Both the position numbers and the translations under genes were made by a program. The notes beneath the pieces are model-generated. The model saw nothing but the letters and a program-made list of their open reading frames with translations, was not told the origin of the DNA and did not search any database. Source: Escherichia phage vB_Eco_ZCEC15. Taken from it: a stretch of 64,000 nt of DNA. The DNA lies in the sequence record PQ871103.1. One strand, given 5' to 3'. Position 1 is the first letter of the stretch. Each line of letters opens with the position of its first letter. Of this stretch, positions 58,063 through 64,000 are shown piece after piece.

Positions 58063-60327
58063 TCATAATTTACAGGATGAACAATCTTCAGCTTTTGGAG
58101 TTTCTATTTCATAATCATCAGTACCAGAACCATCGCGGGTATTATGATAATAGAAATTTTTTCCGCCAAAATACCAAAAATACAAAAGGTCATCAATCAT
58201 TATTGACATTGGAACTTTTCCTTTTGGAAAAATCTGTGGGTCATAATATGTATTCGCTGAAGCTGATTGACATACCCATTTAAGCATAATAGCTACTTGC
58301 GTAAGATAAGGTTTATTACCTTTCTTAGCTAATTTCCACGTATAATCATAGAGGTCTATGTTATGCTCAATATTGGGCACGACTTGATTAAAGGAACCCT
58401 CTTTTGATTCTTTAACAGAGACTGGTCCACGTGGAGGCTCGATACCGTTTGTACTGTTAGAAACTTGGGAAGATGACTCACATGGCATAAGTGCTGATAA
58501 TGTGCTATTACGGATGCCAAAGAGCTTAAGGTCTTCCCGCAGCGACGACCAGTCACAAACGTATTTTGGAGCTGCGATTTGGTCAATCTTTTTATTGTAC
58601 CAGTCGATAGGTAATTCGCCTCGAGACCAACGAGTGTCTGAATAATATTCGCAAGGTCCTTTTTCTTTGGCGAGCTTAATGGATGCTTTAATGAGTCCAT
58701 ACTGTAATCTCTCAAATAGTTCATGTGTTAAATCGTTAGCATCTTCATAAGAAGCAAAATTACTTGCCAGCCAAGCTGCATAGTTAGTAACACCTACGCC
58801 AAGGTTTCGACGTTTTTTAGCTTTTTCTGCTTCAGGAACTGGATATCCTTGGTAATCCAAAAGATTATCAAGAGCACGAACTTGGACTTCTGCCAATTCA
58901 TTAATTTTATCTTGGTCTTGCCAATCGAAGTTATCTAACACAAATGCAGATAACGTACACAATCCAATTTCAGCATCAGGACTATTCACATCATTTGTTG
59001 GAATAGCAATTTCACAACACAAGTTGCTCTGACGAATAGGTGCCTTTTCACGAATAAACGGAGTATAGTTATTCGTATTATCAATGAACTGTACATAAAT
59101 CCTTGCTGTTCCTGAGCGTTCAGTCATGAGCAATTCAAACAGTTCACGGGCTTTAATACGCTTTTTACGAATATTAGGGTCTTTTTCTGCAGCTTCGTAT
59201 AATTCACGGAAACGGTCTTGGTCTTTAAAATAAGAATAGTAAAGTTCGCCACCCATTTCATGCGGACTGAACAAAGTAATGTAATCATTCTTTCCAAATC
59301 GTTCCATCATCAAATCATTCAGCTGGACGCCATAATCCATATGACGGATACGGTTTTCTTCTACACCTTTGTTATTTTTCAAAACGAGAAGATTTTCAAC
59401 TTCCAAATGCCAAATAGGATAATAAGCAGTAGCAGCGCCGCCACGAATTCCACCTTGTGAGCATGATTTAACAGCAGTTTGAAAATGTTTCCAAAAAGGA
59501 ATAACACCAGTATGGCGTACTTCACCCATGCCAATCTTAGAACCTTCGGCACGAATCATACCAACGTTAATACCAATTCCAGCGCGTTTGGAGATATATT
59601 CAACAATTGAAGCAGAAGCCTTGTTGATAGACTTTAATGAATCGCCTGCCTCAATAACAACGCATGAACTGAACTGTCGAGTGGGAGTACGACAACCAGC
59701 CATAATAGGAGTTGGCAATGAAATCTGTCGAGTAGATACTGCTTCATAAAAACGAATAACATGTTTTAATCTATCAACAGGTTCATCTTGATGCAATGCC
59801 ATTCCAATAGTCATAAATGCAAACTGTGGAGTTTCATAAATTTGACCAGTGGTTTTATCTTTAACTAGATATTTTTCTTTTAATTGCATCGCCCCGGAAT
59901 AAGTAAATTCCATATCCCGTTCATGCTTAATTTTTGATTCTAAAAATGTAATTTCTTCTGCTGAATATTTTGACAACAATTCAGGGTCGTATTTACCTTC
60001 ATTTACACAGTAAGAAATATGGTCAATAAATGAACGTGGTTCATACTGTCCATAAACATGCTTACGAAGAGCGAACATTAAACAGCGTGCAGCTACATAT
60101 TGGTAATCAGGCTCTTCAACTGAAATAGAATTTGCAGCAGCCTTAATGACAATAGTCTGAATGTCATCAGTTGTCATTCCATCACGGAGATAAGATTTAA
60201 TATTTTCATATAATTCATAAGGATCTACTGATGTTCCCTCAGCTGCCCAAGATAAAACTTTAATAATTTTTTGTGGGTCAAAGCTCTGAGAAACACCACT
60301 ACTTTTGATAACATTAATTAATTGCAT
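58063..60327 (-). CDS. nrdA: ribonucleotide reductase large subunit
   Basis: 754 aa, same as T4 NrdA; C-terminal CxxC redox pair (DCSSCKL). Confidence 0.95.
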   Translation of the reverse strand: MQLINVIKSSGVSQSFDPQKIIKVLSWAAEGTSVDPYELYENIKSYLRDGMTTDDIQTIVIKAAANSISVEEPDYQYVAARCLMFALRKHVYGQYEPRSFIDHISYCVNEGKYDPELLSKYSAEEITFLESKIKHERDMEFTYSGAMQLKEKYLVKDKTTGQIYETPQFAFMTIGMALHQDEPVDRLKHVIRFYEAVSTRQISLPTPIMAGCRTPTRQFSSCVVIEAGDSLKSINKASASIVEYISKRAGIGINVGMIRAEGSKIGMGEVRHTGVIPFWKHFQTAVKSCSQGGIRGGAATAYYPIWHLEVENLLVLKNNKGVEENRIRHMDYGVQLNDLMMERFGKNDYITLFSPHEMGGELYYSYFKDQDRFRELYEAAEKDPNIRKKRIKARELFELLMTERSGTARIYVQFIDNTNNYTPFIREKAPIRQSNLCCEIAIPTNDVNSPDAEIGLCTLSAFVLDNFDWQDQDKINELAEVQVRALDNLLDYQGYPVPEAEKAKKRRNLGVGVTNYAAWLASNFASYEDANDLTHELFERLQYGLIKASIKLAKEKGPCEYYSDTRWSRGELPIDWYNKKIDQIAAPKYVCDWSSLREDLKLFGIRNSTLSALMPCESSSQVSNSTNGIEPPRGPVSVKESKEGSFNQVVPNIEHNIDLYDYTWKLAKKGNKPYLTQVAIMLKWVCQSASANTYYDPQIFPKGKVPMSIMIDDLLYFWYFGGKNFYYHNTRDGSGTDDYEIETPKAEDCSSCKL

Positions 60328-60644
60328 AAGTCCTCAACTTGAAAATCGTCTTTAAACAATCGGTTAACTATATGAGCTATTATATCACCATGACACGGCT
60401 TTGGTTTACATGTGCATCCTAGCCTCATTCCACGTAAAGGCTCTAAATGTGCTTTAGTTATTTCTCCGGATTTAATTCGACGTATAAAATCTTTTTTGAA
60501 TAATTCAATGGCAGCCTCCCGGCTGCCAGCATCTTTACCGACGTAATTTCCCCAAAATGTACCACGGTGAATATTAACATCAAAGTCGGATTTATATTTA
60601 TTCACTACCCGACATAGACGGCCCGCGCGGTGATAATTCGGCAT
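60318..60644 (-). CDS. hypothetical protein (position of T4 nrdA.1)
   Basis: 108 aa. Confidence 0.6.
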   Translation of the reverse strand: MPNYHRAGRLCRVVNKYKSDFDVNIHRGTFWGNYVGKDAGSREAAIELFKKDFIRRIKSGEITKAHLEPLRGMRLGCTCKPKPCHGDIIAHIVNRLFKDDFQVEDLCN

Positions 60645-60873
60645 ATTGTTTTTCCGTTAAAACAGTAATATCGTAGTAACAGTCAGAAGAAGTTTTAACT
60701 GTGGAAATTTTATTATCAAAATACTCACGAGTCATTTTATGAGTATAATATTTTTTGCTATAAATGATAATAGGCTGATTTGGTCCTGGAACTTCTAACT
60801 CGCTTGGGTTAGGAAGTGTAAAAAGAACTACACCAGAAGTATCTTTAAATCGTAAAATCATATATCCTCTCAA
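60598..60873 (-). CDS. hypothetical protein (position of T4 nrdA.2)
   Basis: 91 aa. Confidence 0.55.
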   Translation of the reverse strand: MRGYMILRFKDTSGVVLFTLPNPSELEVPGPNQPIIIYSKKYYTHKMTREYFDNKISTVKTSSDCYYDITVLTEKQYAELSPRGPSMSGSE

Positions 60874-60884
60874 TTAAATTAAAA

Positions 60885-61196
60885 TTATACCGCCATCTTT
60901 CCTTTAATTGGCGGGTGAGATACATAGTTGTTAAGAACGAAATCTTTAGGTCTAAGTTTAAGAACATATTTTAATTGTTCTTTAGTAGAAAGATATCGGA
61001 ATTTATAAGGTAGACCACTTATTACCAACTCACAAAGCTCTTTAGGTTCACGCCTCAAAATTTCTTTACATTGTTCTACGTGATTCATATAGATATGAGT
61101 ATTACCACCAGAAAATATCAAATCTCCTGGAATAAGATTACACATCTTAGCTACAATATGAACTAACGTAGCATATGATGCAATATTAAATGGAAG
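60885..61196 (-). CDS. td: thymidylate synthase, exon 2 (103 codons + stop)
   Basis: Encodes LPFNIASYATLVHIVAKMC... C-terminal part of Td; upstream boundary follows intron 3' end ...CTGAACATAATG. Confidence 0.93.
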   Translation of the reverse strand, partial: LPFNIASYATLVHIVAKMCNLIPGDLIFSGGNTHIYMNHVEQCKEILRREPKELCELVISGLPYKFRYLSTKEQLKYVLKLRPKDFVLNNYVSHPPIKGKMAV

Positions 61197-62212
61197 CATT
61201 ATGTTCAGATAAGGTCGTTAATCTTACCCCGGAATTATATCCAGCTGCATGTCACCATGCAGATCAGACTATATCTCCAACTTGTTAAAGCAAGTTGTCT
61301 ATCGTTTCGAGTCACTTGACCCTACTCCCCAAAGGGATAGTCGTTAGGCATTTATGTAGAACCAATTCCATTTATCAGATTTTACACGATAAGTAACTAA
61401 TCCAGACGAAATTTTAAAATGTCTAGCTGCATCTGCTGCACAATCAAAAATAACCCCATCACATGAAATCTTTTTAATATTACTAGGCTTTTTACCTTTC
61501 ATCTTTTCTGATATTTTAGATTTAGTTATGTCTGAATGCTTATGATTAAAGAATGAATTATTTTCACCTGAACGATTTCTGCATTTACTACAAGTATAAG
61601 CAGAAGTTTGTATGCGAACACCGCACTTACAAAACTTATGGGTTTCTGGATTCCAACGCCCGTTTTTACTTCCGGGTTTACTGTAAAGAGCTTTCCGACC
61701 ATCAGGTCCAAGTTTAAGCATCTTAGCTTTAACAGTTTCAGAACGTTTCTTAATAATTTCTTCTTTTAATGGATGCGTAGAACATGTATCACCAAACGTT
61801 GCATCAGCAATATTGTATCCATTAATTTTAGAATTAAGCTCTTTAATCCAAAAATTTTCTCGTTCAATAATCAAATCTTTCTCATATGGAATTTCTTCCA
61901 AAATAGAACATTCAAACACATTACCATGTTTGTTAAAAGACCTCTGAAGCTTTATAGAAGAATGGCATCCTTTTTCTAAATCTTTAAAATGCCTCTTCCA
62001 TCTCTTTTCAAAATCTTTAGCACTTCCTACATATACTTTATTGTTTAAAGTATTTTTAATCTGATAAATTCCGCTTTTCATAAATACCTCTTTAAATATA
62101 GAAGTATTTATTAAAGGGCAGTCCTACAATTTAGCACGGGATTGTCTACTAGAGAGGTTCCCCGTTTAGATAGATTACAAGTATAAGTCACCTTATACTC
62201 AGGCCTCAATTA
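61197..62212 (-). ncRNA. group I self-splicing intron of td (1016 nt), carrying I-TevI ORF
   Basis: Minus-strand 5' end TAATTGAGGCCTGAGTATAAGGTGAC directly after exon-1 ...CTTGGGT; 3' end ...GGGTAAGATTAACGACCTTATCTGAACATAATG; exon 1 frame terminates at TAA formed at the intron start; length 1016 nt as in T4 td intron. Confidence 0.92.
61344..62081 (-). CDS. I-TevI: intron-encoded GIY-YIG homing endonuclease I-TevI
   Basis: 245 aa; N-terminal GIY-YIG motif (GIYQIKNTLNNKVYVGSAKDFEKRWKRH); zinc finger CKCG...CSKCRN; C-terminal DNA-binding region; within td intron. Confidence 0.95.
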   Translation of the reverse strand: MKSGIYQIKNTLNNKVYVGSAKDFEKRWKRHFKDLEKGCHSSIKLQRSFNKHGNVFECSILEEIPYEKDLIIERENFWIKELNSKINGYNIADATFGDTCSTHPLKEEIIKKRSETVKAKMLKLGPDGRKALYSKPGSKNGRWNPETHKFCKCGVRIQTSAYTCSKCRNRSGENNSFFNHKHSDITKSKISEKMKGKKPSNIKKISCDGVIFDCAADAARHFKISSGLVTYRVKSDKWNWFYINA

Positions 62213-62761
62213 ACCCAAGAAAACATCTACTGATCGTTGATACCACTGCAAATCCAAATAGCCATTACGCACATTAAACTGATAGAACATATGACAAGGC
62301 GGTAATGCCATATATTTAAGTTCAGCTGGATTCCATGCAGAAACAATTTGACGCCTATCATTTGGCAGTTTTTTAATACGATCAATAACTTCTATAATTT
62401 GGTCTACACCGCCAAAATCGCGCCATTGTTTTCCATAAATTGGACCAAGTTCACCGCTATGGTATCCTAAATCTTTTGCTTGATTTTCGTAATTTTCATC
62501 CCAGACTGTTTTGCCTTGAATTAATGAATCATGTTGAATTAATCGCAAATCATTGACATTTGTGCTTCCCGATAAAAACCATATTAGCTCAGCAATGCAA
62601 GCTTTCCAGGCGAGCTTCTTAGTTGTTACGGCAGGAAAACCTTTAGTTAAATCCCAGCGTAATTTAGTACCGAACAAAGCAATTGTTCCTGTGCCTGTTC
62701 GGTCATCGGTTTCATAGCCATTTTCAAAAATGTCTTTAATTAAATCTTGGTATTGTTTCAT
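62213..62761 (-). CDS. td: thymidylate synthase, exon 1 (183 codons)
   Basis: MKQYQDLIKDIFENGYETDDRTGTGT... with active-site region ALPPCHMFYQF; joins exon 2 to give 286 aa. Confidence 0.93.
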
Positions 62762-62805
62762 TTAGTACCTTATATAAATTATAATACATTTTATGAAGCT
62801 AATAA

Positions 62806-63984
<1,179 letters not shown>

Positions 63985-64000
63985 AAATTCAAATACAAAA

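Overview
This window is a contiguous segment of a T4-like (T-even, Tequatrovirus-type) myovirus genome. All calls rest on ORF lengths, synteny, recognisable motifs and my recollection of T4 protein sequences; no database search was run. Plus strand, 1-25117: the late structural module in canonical T4 order, genes 7 (5' truncated by the window edge), 8, 9, 10, 11, 12, wac, 13, 14, 15, 16, 17, 18, 19, 20, 67, 68, 21, 22, 23, 24. Mixed strands, 25147-39266: rnlB, hoc, inh, segE, uvsW, uvsY, then baseplate/tail genes 25, 26, 51, 27, 28, 29, 48, 54. Minus strand, 39295-63984: early genes alt, 30, the 30.x cluster, rIII, 31, cd, pseT, a spanin pair, alc, rnlA, denA, nrdB, nrdA, td (split by a 1016-nt group I intron encoding I-TevI) and frd. 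Regulatory signals are dense: TATAAATA late promoters, GTTTAC-N17-TATAAT early promoters embedded in inverted repeats, MotA-box middle promoters, and GC-rich tetraloop hairpins. Departures from the T4 reference as I recall it are the most interesting part: (1) an HNH-type endonuclease gene inserted between genes 18 and 19; (2) a 119-codon ORF inserted at the frd/td junction, with an altered frd 3' end; (3) two tandem full-length Alt ADP-ribosyltransferase paralogs; (4) a 54-bp early promoter/leader cassette present in two identical copies 15.6 kb apart; (5) no segD, no mobE and an intronless nrdB, while the td intron with I-TevI is present.
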